A stretch of 64,000 bases of DNA from an uncultured Desulfobacter sp. (lineage in GTDB: Bacteria > Desulfobacterota > Desulfobacteria > Desulfobacterales > Desulfobacteraceae), in contig OY762069.1 in the NCBI GenBank assembly GCA_963665095.1, positions 6,368,001-6,432,000 on the forward strand, written 5' to 3'. The notes below the pieces were generated by a model. That model saw only the letters and a program-made list of their open reading frames with translations, was not told the DNA's origin and made no database searches. Below, in pieces: positions 28,888 to 39,689 of this stretch (position 1 is the first letter of the stretch; each line of letters starts with the position of its first letter). The position numbers and the translations under genes were made by a program.

Positions 28888-30699
28888 CTATCCGCCAAAT
28901 GAGGCATCATCAATCTCAACCGCTGCAGCACAGCCTTTACTGATTGATGTAAGACTGCCCATGGTCACCGGCAGTACTGTATTGATGAAGAAATCCGCAT
29001 TTTTGATCTGTCCCTGGTAAAAGGGGATGTCTTTTTTCGCATGTTTCCCGGCAAGTTTGGTGTCTGCCACCTGGGCGCGCCATAACAGCATCCAGGCCAT
29101 GACAATATCCCCTGTGGCGTTCAGGAACGGTGTGGCATGGGCAAACGCTGTTTTAAATTCCAGAGACATGGCCTGTTTCCCGAGCTGCATGGCCACCTCT
29201 CCCAGGCGGCCGACTGCTGCCATAAGGTCATCTGAGAAGGGTTTGAGTCCCTCTGACCGGGCCGCATCCTGGCAGGTTTTCTGAATTTGTCCCAGCAGTC
29301 CGGCAAAGACCATTCCCTTGTTCATGCCAAGCTTTCTGCCCAGAAGATCCATGGCCTGAATGCCATTTGTGCCTTCATACAGGGATGCGATCTTGGTATC
29401 CCGCATGATTTGTTCAACTGGGAATTCCTTGATATAGCCGTATCCGCCGTACACCTGGATGGCCTGGACACTGATCTCAAACCCTTTATCAGAACCCAGG
29501 GATTTGATGATGGGGGTCAAAAGTCCGATCTCTGCATCACAGGCCTTTTTTGCCTCTTCGTCATCCGTGCAGCGCATTTTGTCAAACAGGGTCTCCACAT
29601 AGTAAATCAGGCTGCGCAGGCCTTCAACATAGCACTTCATCCATAACAGCATGCGGCGTACATCCGGGTGGCGGATAATGGGGACCTGGGCTGGTGCGTC
29701 TTTGCCCGCACCAAGTTCTGCGCCCTGAAGCCTTTGCCTGGCATAATCCAGTGCGTACAGATAGGCTCCGGAACCGGCATACAGGCCCTGGAATCCCACA
29801 TCCTGGCGGGCTTCATTCATCATGTTAAACATGATCTTCATCCCTTTACCCTCTTCGCCCAGCAGGTATCCTTTGCACAGGCCTTTGCTTCCAAAGGAGA
29901 GGCTGCAGGTGGCGCTGCCGTGGATGCCGGTTTTCTCTTCGATGCCGGTGGTGACCACATCGTTAGGTTCGCCCAGGGTGCCGTCGTCATTCACCATGAT
30001 TTTGGGGACGATAAAAATAGAGATGCCTTTGGTCCCTTCCGGAGCGCCTTCCACCCTGGCTAACACCGGATGGACGATGTTCTCGCACAGATCGTGATCG
30101 CCGTTGGTGATGAAAATTTTATCACCGGTGATGGAGTAGGAACCGTCTTCATTTTTTACAGCAGAGGTGGTCAATGCCCCCACATCAGATCCGGCACCCG
30201 GCTCGGTCAGTACCATGGTGCCGCCCCAGGTGCCTTTGTACAGTTTTTCAAGATAGAGATCTTTTTGTTCCTGAGTGCCGTGCAGCTGAATCATTTTTCC
30301 GGTTCCATGCCCCATCTGGCCATAAGCCACAAGTGATCCGCTGGCGCCTGACAGGTATTCCCGGGCAGCCCGGTCTATGATGTGGGGCAGCCCCTGTCCT
30401 CCCACCGCAACATCTTCGCACATGGAGGTGAATTCGTTTTCCAGCAGCAGTTTAAAGGGCTTGTGAAAGCTTTCGGGAACCGTTACTTTCCCATCTTTGA
30501 AGGTGACACCGATGCGGTCGCTGTCAACATAGGTGGGTAAAAGCTCTTTGATGGCAAAATTGCGTGCCTCATTGATGATCATATCAAAGGTTTTGCGATT
30601 GAGGCCGGAAAAGGCTTTTTCTTTAGCCAGGGCTTCAGTATCAAGCTGTTCATACAAAACAAATTCAATGTCTCTTCGATCTGCGATCTGTTGCGCCAT
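28888..30699 (-). CDS. Acyl-CoA dehydrogenase (about 600-aa class)
   Basis: GTMVLTEPGAGSDVG, GDKIFITNGDHD, MFNMMNEAR, QVYGGYGY, LYEGTNGIQAMDL. Confidence 0.95.
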   Translation of the reverse strand: MAQQIADRRDIEFVLYEQLDTEALAKEKAFSGLNRKTFDMIINEARNFAIKELLPTYVDSDRIGVTFKDGKVTVPESFHKPFKLLLENEFTSMCEDVAVGGQGLPHIIDRAAREYLSGASGSLVAYGQMGHGTGKMIQLHGTQEQKDLYLEKLYKGTWGGTMVLTEPGAGSDVGALTTSAVKNEDGSYSITGDKIFITNGDHDLCENIVHPVLARVEGAPEGTKGISIFIVPKIMVNDDGTLGEPNDVVTTGIEEKTGIHGSATCSLSFGSKGLCKGYLLGEEGKGMKIMFNMMNEARQDVGFQGLYAGSGAYLYALDYARQRLQGAELGAGKDAPAQVPIIRHPDVRRMLLWMKCYVEGLRSLIYYVETLFDKMRCTDDEEAKKACDAEIGLLTPIIKSLGSDKGFEISVQAIQVYGGYGYIKEFPVEQIMRDTKIASLYEGTNGIQAMDLLGRKLGMNKGMVFAGLLGQIQKTCQDAARSEGLKPFSDDLMAAVGRLGEVAMQLGKQAMSLEFKTAFAHATPFLNATGDIVMAWMLLWRAQVADTKLAGKHAKKDIPFYQGQIKNADFFINTVLPVTMGSLTSISKGCAAAVEIDDASFGG

Positions 30700-30947
30700 G
30701 TGTCTGAACTCCTTTTTTAGATGTGGGAATATCTGCCCGGGCGATTTCGATTCAAAGGTGAAAACCGTGTTTACCTGTCAGGCAATTGAAGTTTCTATAA
30801 TCAAAAAGACATCAGAATACAATAGGTTTGATATAAGAAAACCAATTTGTATGAATTTTGTTAATGCAAAGACATGAACAATAGTAATCCTGGTTTATGT
30901 GCGGACGCTTTGGTTTGGCACCACCAGCGGCATGCCGCACAGAAGAA

Positions 30948-31391
30948 TCAGCCTTTCAATGGCTTGAGTGTGACAATGGATTTGGTTACAGTTGCTGATG
31001 CTACCAGGGTGTCACCGCTGAAGGCCCGGGCCTGACAGAATGCAAGTCGTTTGCCCATTTTCAGGGTGTTTCCTTTAAAGGTCAGGGGGCTGTCTCCAGG
31101 TGCAGGATTCAGTACAGAGACATGGATGTCATGGGTAACCGCATTTTCATGGTCAGCCAGCATAGCTATCAGGGAAACATAGGCTGCCACGTCCAGAAGG
31201 GAGTACAGTATGCCACCATGGACAACATTGGCAACATTAATGGTGTTTTCAATGTTTGTGACGGAAATTTCAGCTTTTCCAGGTTCATGACTGAGAACTT
31301 TAAGACCTACAAATTGATGAAAGGGAAGATTTGATGTCAGGTTGAGCCGCCGCTCAAATTCGCCTGTGCTCATGGTCTGTTTAAAGTTCAT
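30948..31391 (-). CDS. PaaI family thioesterase
   Basis: NVANVVHGGILYSLLDVA, VTHDIHVS; start uncertain. Confidence 0.85.
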   Translation of the reverse strand: MNFKQTMSTGEFERRLNLTSNLPFHQFVGLKVLSHEPGKAEISVTNIENTINVANVVHGGILYSLLDVAAYVSLIAMLADHENAVTHDIHVSVLNPAPGDSPLTFKGNTLKMGKRLAFCQARAFSGDTLVASATVTKSIVTLKPLKG

Positions 31392-31701
31392 AGGGATTTT
31401 TCCTAAATCAGGGTAAAAAAAGAGTCTGTTGGATATAGGACAGGCGTTTCTTTCTGTCAACCAAAGTCTGGTATCCTGAATCCGCTTTCTGATCTTTGGG
31501 ACAAACGCCCCCTTGACGTATGTAAATGATTTATTTTAAGAACTTTCTCAATTTCAGTATCTTATTTTATCCGGGGTATGCTATACACCTAACCTTAGCT
31601 TGGCACTGTTACCCTTTTGGAATTCATTTTTGTTATGCCGGGTTTAAATGAATTTTACCTAAAATGTCACATGATTATAACTTTTTAATACAGGTGAACC
31701 A

Positions 31702-32286
31702 TTGAAATTAACCATGTACAACACCCCGGTAATACGTCCGGTGATTAAGGCCCTGTGCGCATTCTGCCTCAGGCTGACCGGCTGGAAACTGAAAGGGGCG
31801 CCGCCAGTGGAAGACAAATACGTCCTGATTGCAGTGCCACACACCAGCAACTGGGATTTTCCCATATCCTTGTCCATGGCCTTTGTATATGGGTTTGATA
31901 TGCACTGGATGGGTAAGGCCTCCCTGTTTAAAAGCTGGCGGGGTCCCATAATGAAATGGATGGGCGGTATTCCAATTAACCGGGCCTGTGCAAACAATGT
32001 TGTGGCACAGACAATTGATGCGTTCAATAGCAGTGACAAGCTCGTTATTGCTGTGCCGCCGGAAGGTACGCGCTCAAAGGTTGATGCATGGAAAACAGGG
32101 TTTTACTATATTGCCATGGGTGCCAATATACCAATCGCTCTGGCGTTTCTTGACTATAGAGATAAAGCCGGCGGATTCTTATCAACATTCTATCCAACTG
32201 GTGACGCAGCAGGCGACATCGCTGACATCCGCTCCCGGTATATCGGAATTTCTGGAAAGTATGCAGATCAATGCGTAGTGAAATAA
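31702..32286 (+). CDS. 1-acyl-sn-glycerol-3-phosphate (PlsC-like) acyltransferase family protein
   Basis: PHTSNWD (HX4D), GGIPINR, PEGTR, WKTGFY. Confidence 0.9.
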   Translation: MKLTMYNTPVIRPVIKALCAFCLRLTGWKLKGAPPVEDKYVLIAVPHTSNWDFPISLSMAFVYGFDMHWMGKASLFKSWRGPIMKWMGGIPINRACANNVVAQTIDAFNSSDKLVIAVPPEGTRSKVDAWKTGFYYIAMGANIPIALAFLDYRDKAGGFLSTFYPTGDAAGDIADIRSRYIGISGKYADQCVVK

Positions 32287-32360
32287 ACACCGTAAAATAA
32301 ATTGCTGAATCGACCCTGGTTGAATATCTATTCTTAAAAATAGTTAACGTATACGATATG

Positions 32361-32372
32361 GCAAACGTTTGC
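32361..32372. promoter_or_regulatory. LacI-type operator (distal)
   Basis: Perfect palindrome GCAAACGTTTGC with central CG. Confidence 0.7.
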
Positions 32373-32517
32373 GTTGTTTCTGTTTAGTTCGTATGCTAGT
32401 GATTATATATCTTGATATCATATATATTTATAATTATAACAAATAGTTGTTTTTGGTATTGCCTGGTGTGCTCTGGGATGTAAAACACTTTCAATAAAAC
32501 TATTTTACAAAAAGTGT

Positions 32518-32541
32518 TTGACATTGCGCAAACGATTGCGT
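32518..32541 (+). promoter_or_regulatory. -35 TTGACA followed by a LacI-type operator (proximal)
   Basis: TTGACA then GCGCAAACGATTGCGT (32526-32541), upstream of the LacI gene. Confidence 0.7.
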
Positions 32542-32637
32542 TACTTAGCAGGCTAAAGGTACAGGATCCATGTTTAAATCAATGTGCGTCTGTTTCTTGT
32601 TAGACCGGAATAGTCGCCGGCAGACACAGGGGAACCA

Positions 32638-33648
32638 TTGCCGACCATCAGCGAAATAGCCAGGAAAGCCGGTGTATCCGTTTCAACGGTTTCGCGTGCC
32701 CTGAATAACAAAAAAGGGGTCGGCCGGGAACTGCGGGATAAAATTGTTGGTATCGCCAATGATGTTAATTATTTCCCCCACTCTTCGGCAAGAGCCCTGG
32801 TTCAAAAACGCATTGGCGTTATCGGGGTCGTGATTCCACGTACCAGTGAATTTGCCTTTCAAAATCCTTTCTATCCTAAAATCCTCATGGGAATCAGTTC
32901 AACGGCCCAGTTAAGCGACTACCATCTGATGCTGAGCATTAACAAGAGGGACGATTATGTTTCCCTTTATTACAGAAAGCTTGTGGACGGTATTCTCGTT
33001 ATCGGGAACCGGATACATGCCTCTTATATGACTGAGCTGAATGAAAATGACATTCCTTGTGTTGTGGTTCCCGGATACCCTGAAGATTCCTGTTACAAAA
33101 TGCCAAGCGTCGCCTCGGACAGCTTTGCAAGTGTGCAGCGGGCGGTCAGCTATTTAATTCAGTTAGGTCACAGAAAAATCGCCTTTATCCTGGGTGAAAT
33201 GACCTCCATGTTTTCAATTGAACGGCTTGAGGCATATAAGGCCGCGTTTAAAGAGAACAAACTGTCCTATGATCCCATATATCTGGTGGAAAGTGATTTT
33301 TCCCAAAAGGACGGATTCCGCCTGATGGGTGAACTGCTTGACCTTGCCGATCCTCCCACCAGTGTGATCTGTATCAACGATAATGTCACACCCGGTGTGA
33401 TGCACCAGATCAAAAAAAGGGGCCTGAGTATACCCAATGACATATCCGTGGTGGCCATAGGTTCCTCTGATGTGCTTGATTTGTTTGAACCGCCGCTGAC
33501 TACCATTAAGACGCCTGTTATTGAGATCGGCCAGACAGCTGCCCAGATATTGATACAGTTGATTGAAACTGGTCATTGCAAACAAAAACACACGGCAATC
33601 CCTGCTGAACTGATCATCCGGGATTCTACCGGCGTTTGCGGCAGATAG
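32638..33648 (+). CDS. LacI family transcriptional regulator
   Basis: TISEIARKAGVSVSTVSRALN, ARAL hinge, PPLTTI, ELIIRDST. Confidence 0.95.
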   Translation: MPTISEIARKAGVSVSTVSRALNNKKGVGRELRDKIVGIANDVNYFPHSSARALVQKRIGVIGVVIPRTSEFAFQNPFYPKILMGISSTAQLSDYHLMLSINKRDDYVSLYYRKLVDGILVIGNRIHASYMTELNENDIPCVVVPGYPEDSCYKMPSVASDSFASVQRAVSYLIQLGHRKIAFILGEMTSMFSIERLEAYKAAFKENKLSYDPIYLVESDFSQKDGFRLMGELLDLADPPTSVICINDNVTPGVMHQIKKRGLSIPNDISVVAIGSSDVLDLFEPPLTTIKTPVIEIGQTAAQILIQLIETGHCKQKHTAIPAELIIRDSTGVCGR

Positions 33649-33779
33649 ATAGTTCTTATCAAAATTTAGAATAATGGCCAAAGGCCGACCAGATAGGTAA
33701 TACAGCTCGCTTCAAAACAAATATTGAAACTCTTTTTCACGAAAGACTTTCTTATAAAAAAAGGAGGTAAGCTTACATC

Positions 33780-34637
33780 ATGGAATACGGAATACCGCCG
33801 GACAAGGTCATCATCACCGTTGCCCAGACCGGGGCAATCACCAATAAAAAATTAAGCCCCAATGTGCCGGAACAACCCCATGAAATCGCTGATTCAGCCT
33901 ATGCCTGTTTTAATGAAGGTGCGGCTCTCTGCCATATTCATGCAAGAGACCCTGAAGGAGAAAATTCTGCGGATATTGAGATCTTTAAAGATATCCACAC
34001 CCGTATTCGGGAAAAGTGCAACCTAATCATCCAGGACAGCACCGGCGGCGGCCCCAATCTGACCCAGGAGGAGCGAATCAACTGCCTGAAGGCCCAGCCT
34101 GAAATGGCGTCACTCAACATGGGTTCCCTTATGAGGGTGTCAGGCCCCTATAAAGGTATTGCCTGGTCCAACATGCCCCATGAAATTGACTATTACCTGG
34201 GGGAGATGGATAAAAGGGGCATCAAGCCGGAGATGGAAGTCTACAACCATGCCATGCTTCATGATGTGCGGCGGTTGATTAAGCAGGGCCTGGTGAAAAA
34301 GCCATATTGCATCAACATTGTGCTGGGCATGAAATACCAGGGTGCTGAACCGGGAACCCCGGAAACTTTTTATTCCATGGTTCAAAATTTGCCCCGGGAC
34401 AGCATTTTTAACTGCACAGGTGTTGGCCAGGCCCAGACGACCCTTGGGACCATGAGCCTGATCATGGGTGGCTGTGTCAGGGTTGGCCTGGAGGATAATA
34501 TCTATTTCCGAAAAGGTGAACTGGCCCAAAGCAATGCGCAACTGGTGGCCAGAATTGTTCGTATCGCCAGGGAACTGGGAAAAGAACCGGCTACACCGGA
34601 CGAGGCCAGGCAATTTTTAGGACTCTCACCCAGTTAA
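33780..34637 (+). CDS. Beta-keto acid cleavage enzyme (BKACE/DUF849)
   Basis: IITVAQTGA, CHIHARD, STGGG, ASLNMGS, KPEMEVY, RVGLEDN, SNAQLV. Confidence 0.93.
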   Translation: MEYGIPPDKVIITVAQTGAITNKKLSPNVPEQPHEIADSAYACFNEGAALCHIHARDPEGENSADIEIFKDIHTRIREKCNLIIQDSTGGGPNLTQEERINCLKAQPEMASLNMGSLMRVSGPYKGIAWSNMPHEIDYYLGEMDKRGIKPEMEVYNHAMLHDVRRLIKQGLVKKPYCINIVLGMKYQGAEPGTPETFYSMVQNLPRDSIFNCTGVGQAQTTLGTMSLIMGGCVRVGLEDNIYFRKGELAQSNAQLVARIVRIARELGKEPATPDEARQFLGLSPS

Positions 34638-34656
34638 AACGTTAAAGGAGGGCACT

Positions 34657-35622
34657 GTGAAGCTAAATGATATTCAAAAAATCGGGATCATCGGCATGGG
34701 GACCATGGGCCCTGGTATTGCCCAGGTGATGGCTCAGAATGGTTGCGAAGTCACTGCCTATGATTTGAATAAAGAAAGTTATCCCCTGGCAGGACAGGTG
34801 ATCCAGAATAATCTAGAACTGTTAATTGAGGCAGGACAGGCAACACCCAAAGACAAGGATGACACCCTTGGCAAAATCCGCATGGTGGATTCACTGGAAC
34901 AGGCCATTCAAAACGCCCAAGTTGTCATAGAGGTGGTCAGCGAAAGTAAACCGGTCAAGACCGCTGTTTTTGAACAGATTGATCAGTTCGCCCGTCCGGA
35001 TGCCCTTATCTGGAGCAATACATCCTCCATGAATATTTTCGAGTTGACCATGCCGTCCCGTCTGTCTCAAACCATCATCGCGCACTGGTTTGCCCCGCCC
35101 CAGATCCTGCCGCTGGTGGAGGTAGTCAAAGGGCCTGAGACCCGGCAGGAGGTGGTGGACCTGACGCTTTCCTTTCTGGAGCTTCTTGGTAAGAAGCCGG
35201 TACTGATAAAAAATTATGTCCCTGGTTTTATTATAAACCGGCTCTTGAGAATACTGGGAAGGGAAACCTACTTTCTTCTGGATAACGGCTATATCTCTCC
35301 GGAAGATCTGGACATGGCGGTTAAAGCCAGTATCGCACCGCGGATGATGGTTCTGGGCTTAACTCAGCGGTATGATTTTACCGGACTGGACCTGACCTAT
35401 GCAAATCTTCAGAACAAGGATTTTATGGATGCCCCTGAAGATACACAGCCCGAGTTCATTGTTTCAAGGGTTAAGAAAAATCATCTGGGCGTTAAGACCG
35501 GAATCGGCGTCTACGATTACCGGGACAGGGATAAGGCCGATGTCATCAAGGACCGGGATCGTTATCTGCTCAAAGTTATTAACGATTTGAAATTCTGTAT
35601 TGACCAAAAACGGCTGCTGTAA
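34657..35622 (+). CDS. 3-hydroxyacyl-CoA dehydrogenase family NAD-dependent dehydrogenase (gulonate/carnitine 3-dehydrogenase-like)
   Basis: GMGTMG, WSNTSS, AHWFAPPQILPLVEVV, PGFIINRL, YDFTGLD. Confidence 0.85.
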   Translation: MKLNDIQKIGIIGMGTMGPGIAQVMAQNGCEVTAYDLNKESYPLAGQVIQNNLELLIEAGQATPKDKDDTLGKIRMVDSLEQAIQNAQVVIEVVSESKPVKTAVFEQIDQFARPDALIWSNTSSMNIFELTMPSRLSQTIIAHWFAPPQILPLVEVVKGPETRQEVVDLTLSFLELLGKKPVLIKNYVPGFIINRLLRILGRETYFLLDNGYISPEDLDMAVKASIAPRMMVLGLTQRYDFTGLDLTYANLQNKDFMDAPEDTQPEFIVSRVKKNHLGVKTGIGVYDYRDRDKADVIKDRDRYLLKVINDLKFCIDQKRLL

Positions 35623-35793
35623 GAAAGGGCATCCCCCACGGGTGCCGGTTTTAACAGACGGGTACCGTAAATTTTTAACGGAAGACAGACCTGATGAAAT
35701 GAACACAGGGTCCGTCGTAGGAAAAATGGGAGCGTAAGTGAAAGAAGCGGAATAATTTTTTAATCACTTGTCAATTAATTTGGGAGGGAAGTC

Positions 35794-36768
35794 ATGATGA
35801 ACAATCGGATTATGAGAATTTTTACTGGTAGTTTTTTTCTTCTATGTCTGGCATTTGCAACTTGCGCCTATGCCGGGTATCCGGAAAAACCCGTCAATCT
35901 AATGATCCCCTATGGTGGTGGCGGAACCACCGATGTCACCGCCCGTCTACTCGCCAATATCGCACAGGACGATTTTGCCAAACCCCTTGTTGTGGTGAAC
36001 AAGCCTGGCGGTGGTGGTGTGTTAATGCATGAGCTCCTTGCCCAGGCCAAACCTGACGGCTACACCCTGGGTGTGGTGGCAACAGGCGTCCTGACACGCA
36101 CCCCTTTCCTTCGCAAGGTTAAATATAATCCTGAAACAGATTTTACTTACATTATGCTTTTTGCCCTATGGCAGTATGGCCTGGTGGTAAAGGCTGACAG
36201 CCCGTGGAAAACCCTGGCGGAATTTATAGATTATGCCAAGCAAAACCCCGGTGCCGTGACCTATTCCACTGCCGGTACCGGATCCGCCCAGTATCTGGCC
36301 ATGGAATATCTGGCCCAGGCAGAAGGGATCAGATGGACCCACATTCCCTATAAAGGCGGCATCAATGCAGTCACTGCCGTGCTCGGGGGGCATGTGACCG
36401 CCTGTGCCCAGGCGGTTGAATGGAAACCCTATGTGGAGGACGGTCAGCTCAGGCTTCTGGCGGTGCTTGGCGGACAGCGCATTCCCAACTTTCCCGATGT
36501 TAAGACTCTCAAGGAGCTGGGATATGATTATGAAGTGGTCTCAGGGCCGGGGATCGCTGCTCCGGCGGGGTTGCCCAGCGATGTTGTGGATTATATAACC
36601 AAGGCATTTGCCAAAGCCAGCAAGGATCAGAAGTTTTTAGATTTATTGGAAAAACTGGATATGCTGCCCTACTATCTGGATAAGCCGCAATTCGAGGCCT
36701 ACATTAAAAAAGATATTCCCAAAAAGAAGAAACTGGTCGAAAGCCTCGGGCTCAGTTATCAAAAATAA
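35794..36768 (+). CDS. tctC: Tripartite tricarboxylate transporter substrate-binding protein (TctC/Bug)
   Basis: YPEKPVNLMIPYGGGGTTD, NKPGGGG, PDGYTL, HIPYKGG. Confidence 0.92.
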   Translation: MMNNRIMRIFTGSFFLLCLAFATCAYAGYPEKPVNLMIPYGGGGTTDVTARLLANIAQDDFAKPLVVVNKPGGGGVLMHELLAQAKPDGYTLGVVATGVLTRTPFLRKVKYNPETDFTYIMLFALWQYGLVVKADSPWKTLAEFIDYAKQNPGAVTYSTAGTGSAQYLAMEYLAQAEGIRWTHIPYKGGINAVTAVLGGHVTACAQAVEWKPYVEDGQLRLLAVLGGQRIPNFPDVKTLKELGYDYEVVSGPGIAAPAGLPSDVVDYITKAFAKASKDQKFLDLLEKLDMLPYYLDKPQFEAYIKKDIPKKKKLVESLGLSYQK

Positions 36769-36842
36769 TTCGGTTGATATTATAAACGGCCGGGGTGCAG
36801 AGGTGCAATCCCGGCCTAATTCCAAAAAAGGAGTGCTGTTTT

Positions 36843-37319
36843 ATGGTGAAACTCAACCGAGATAGCATTGCGGGTCTGGTTCTGCTGACATTCTCTCTGA
36901 TTCTGGCGTTTTATCTGACACCAAATCATGTGGAAACTCATGGAAATGTGCCGGCCGCCCTCTCTCCAAGGCTGTTTTGCTACCTGACCTCCGGTCTTTT
37001 GGGAATTTTGTCCACGATGCTGATCGTCGTAAGTCTGAAAAACAGTGTCCTGACAAATACCGGTGAAAGCAGTTACAAATCATGGGAACCGATTACAAGA
37101 GGATTGATCTGCACCGCTGTTGCCTGTGCATATATTGCCATGTCCGACTCCATAGGCTTTTTTGTCAGTACTGCTTTGGCCATGGTCATTTTCCTTGTTT
37201 ACTTTGGTGTAAAGAAATGGTGGGGCATTTTATTGTTTCTGACCGTTCTGCTGGGCTTTATTTACCTGTTGTTTGTCCAGGCATTGAAGGTGGTGATGCC
37301 TGATGGCCTTTTATTTTAG
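36843..37319 (+). CDS. tctB: Tripartite tricarboxylate transporter small subunit
   Basis: Four TM helices, SPRLF, LFVQALKVVMPDG; between tctC and tctA. Confidence 0.85.
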   Translation: MVKLNRDSIAGLVLLTFSLILAFYLTPNHVETHGNVPAALSPRLFCYLTSGLLGILSTMLIVVSLKNSVLTNTGESSYKSWEPITRGLICTAVACAYIAMSDSIGFFVSTALAMVIFLVYFGVKKWWGILLFLTVLLGFIYLLFVQALKVVMPDGLLF

Positions 37320-37348
37320 ACTAAACCGTTCTTCTTAGGAGAAACTCC

Positions 37349-38872
37349 ATGGACAATATTCTGGCCGCATTCAATATGTTTTTTCAATTACCTGTCATCG
37401 GTGGCGTATTCGGCGGCGTGTTTTTAGGGGTAATCCTTGGCTCTATACCGGGGCTGACTGCCACCATGGCCATTGCCCTGATTATTCCCATGACATTCAA
37501 CATGGACCCGGTAGTCTCGGTAAGCCTGCTGGTCGGAGCGTATAAAGGCGGCACCTATGGCGGCTCCATACCGGCCATTCTTCTTAATACCCCGGGAACA
37601 CCGGCTGCTGCTGCAACGGTCCTGGATGGAAATGAGATGGCCAAGCAGGGTAAAGGCCTCAAAGCACTGAAAATGGCAATTTACGCTTCAGTTATAGCGG
37701 ACAGTGCAAGCGATATTGTTTTGATCCTGGTGGCACCTCCCCTGGCCATGATTGCCCTGAAGATGGGGCCGCCTGAGATGGCCAGCCTTATCTTCCTGTC
37801 CCTTCTGATTATCACGGCCGTTGCCGGAGACTCTATGATTAAAGGGCTGATTGTCGGGGCACTTGGCCTTATTGTCGGGTTGATCGGGCTGGACTCCATC
37901 ACGGCTGTCCGGCGGTTTGGATTCGGTTTTGCCGAGCTGGATGAAGGCATCTCTTTAATACCCATGCTCATTGGTCTGTTTGCGGTCTCCGAGTTTTTAA
38001 TCAATACGGAGATCGTGTCAAAGGGTAAAGAAAAAGCAGTCCAGTTCTTTGCCAGTTCCACCCGAAAAGAGGATAATCAGGTGTCGGGCAAAGAGTTCAG
38101 GACCTGTCTGCCTATTATATTCACGGCTTCAGGCATCGGGACTATTCTGGGTGCTATTCCGGGGATCGGTCCTTCCATTGCCGCCTTTGCCGGATATGCC
38201 CAGGCAAAAAAAATGTCCAGGCATCCTGAAAAGTTCGGGAAAGGCGCCATTGAGGGGGTGGCCGCGGCCGAGGCCGGCAACAACGCCGTATGCGGAGCAA
38301 ACCTGATTCCGCTTCTGACCCTGGGCATCCCCGGAGACATCGGCGCAGCTGTTCTGCTTGGTGCCTTCATGATCCAGGGGCTTCATCCCGGTCCCATGCT
38401 GTTCAAACAGAATATCGTCACGGTGTATGCCATTTTCATGGCACTTTTGCTGGCCAATGTCTTTAACTTTCTTATCAGTATTTTTTATATCAGGATCGCC
38501 AGCAAGGTGGTGTTGATCCCCAAGAGTTATATTTTCCCAGCAGTTTTGGCTTTGTGTTTTTTTGGTGCCTACGGCTTTAACCAGAATCTTTTTGATGTCT
38601 GGGTGGCACTGATTTTTGGCGTATTAGGATATCTTCTGCGCCGCAACGGGTTTCCGGTGGCACCTTTGTTAATCGCCTTCATGCTTGAGCCCATTCTGGA
38701 AGGGGCATTCCGGCAAAGCCTGCTCATGTCCAACGGATCTTTAGGCATATTTTTTACACATCCGATTTCAGGGGCTCTGCTGGGACTGGCAATTATCGGT
38801 ATTGTGTGGTCTGTCATCAGCTCCTTTCGTAAATCCCGGACAAAGGATCTGTCCGGTGAGACGGCCCAGTGA
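37349..38872 (+). CDS. tctA: Tripartite tricarboxylate transporter large subunit
   Basis: GSIPGLTATM, YGGSIPAILLNTPGTP, EAGNNA, PLLTLGIPG, PGPMLF. Confidence 0.95.
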   Translation: MDNILAAFNMFFQLPVIGGVFGGVFLGVILGSIPGLTATMAIALIIPMTFNMDPVVSVSLLVGAYKGGTYGGSIPAILLNTPGTPAAAATVLDGNEMAKQGKGLKALKMAIYASVIADSASDIVLILVAPPLAMIALKMGPPEMASLIFLSLLIITAVAGDSMIKGLIVGALGLIVGLIGLDSITAVRRFGFGFAELDEGISLIPMLIGLFAVSEFLINTEIVSKGKEKAVQFFASSTRKEDNQVSGKEFRTCLPIIFTASGIGTILGAIPGIGPSIAAFAGYAQAKKMSRHPEKFGKGAIEGVAAAEAGNNAVCGANLIPLLTLGIPGDIGAAVLLGAFMIQGLHPGPMLFKQNIVTVYAIFMALLLANVFNFLISIFYIRIASKVVLIPKSYIFPAVLALCFFGAYGFNQNLFDVWVALIFGVLGYLLRRNGFPVAPLLIAFMLEPILEGAFRQSLLMSNGSLGIFFTHPISGALLGLAIIGIVWSVISSFRKSRTKDLSGETAQ

Positions 38873-38921
38873 GTGTATATACTGTCGCATGAGTTTCTCT
38901 GGTTTATTTAAGCCGTGTCAT

Positions 38922-39689
38922 TTACTCCCTGGAAAACACCCAGGTCTCAGATGTCGAAAGATCGGGGTTGAATGCATAGCCATTGCCTGTAAATTTTTTT
39001 AAAAATTCAGGGTCAGTAATTTTTTCCTGAATAATGAAATTGGCCATCAGGCCTCTGGCCCGTTTGGCATGTATGGCGACGGCTTTAAAACCATTGCTCT
39101 TTTTTTCCTTGAACTGAATGTTCAGAAGGCCGGCTTTCAGACGTTTTCGCCGAATTACCTTGAAATACTCATTGGAGGCCAGGTTGACCAGAACGGAGGC
39201 GCCTTCTGATTCTTTCATCTCCCCGTTGATCTGTTGGGTAATCCGGTCTGACCAGAATTCATATAAGTTTTTTCCCCAGGGGCCGGAAAGCCGGGCTGCC
39301 ATCTCCAGACGATGGGGCTCTATCAGGTCTAAAGGGCGCAACATGCCGTAAAGACCTGATAATATCCTAAGATGGTTCTGGGCAAATTCAAACTCCTTGT
39401 CCCCGTAATCTTCGATGCCCAGTTCCTGAAATGCGTCACCCCTATACACCAGCATCGCCTGGCGGGCACCGTCACTGACTGGATTCCCGGAAAATTTCTG
39501 GTACCGCTGGTGAGTCAGCTCAGCTATTGGGGGACTGATCTTCATAAATTTTTCCAGGTCTGTCCGGGATAGTGGCTTCAATTGGGCTGCCAGTTCCCGG
39601 ACCTGGGGAAGGAAGCCGGCCGCAGTTTGAACCGGGTAGGATCTGCAATTAAAATCCATGGTTTTGGACGGTGAAATGATACTGAGCAT
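38922..39689 (-). CDS. yaaA: Peroxide stress protein YaaA
   Basis: ISPSKTMD, LRILSGLYGMLRPLD, RLEM, VNLASNEY, AKRARGLM. Confidence 0.92.
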   Translation of the reverse strand: MLSIISPSKTMDFNCRSYPVQTAAGFLPQVRELAAQLKPLSRTDLEKFMKISPPIAELTHQRYQKFSGNPVSDGARQAMLVYRGDAFQELGIEDYGDKEFEFAQNHLRILSGLYGMLRPLDLIEPHRLEMAARLSGPWGKNLYEFWSDRITQQINGEMKESEGASVLVNLASNEYFKVIRRKRLKAGLLNIQFKEKKSNGFKAVAIHAKRARGLMANFIIQEKITDPEFLKKFTGNGYAFNPDLSTSETWVFSRE

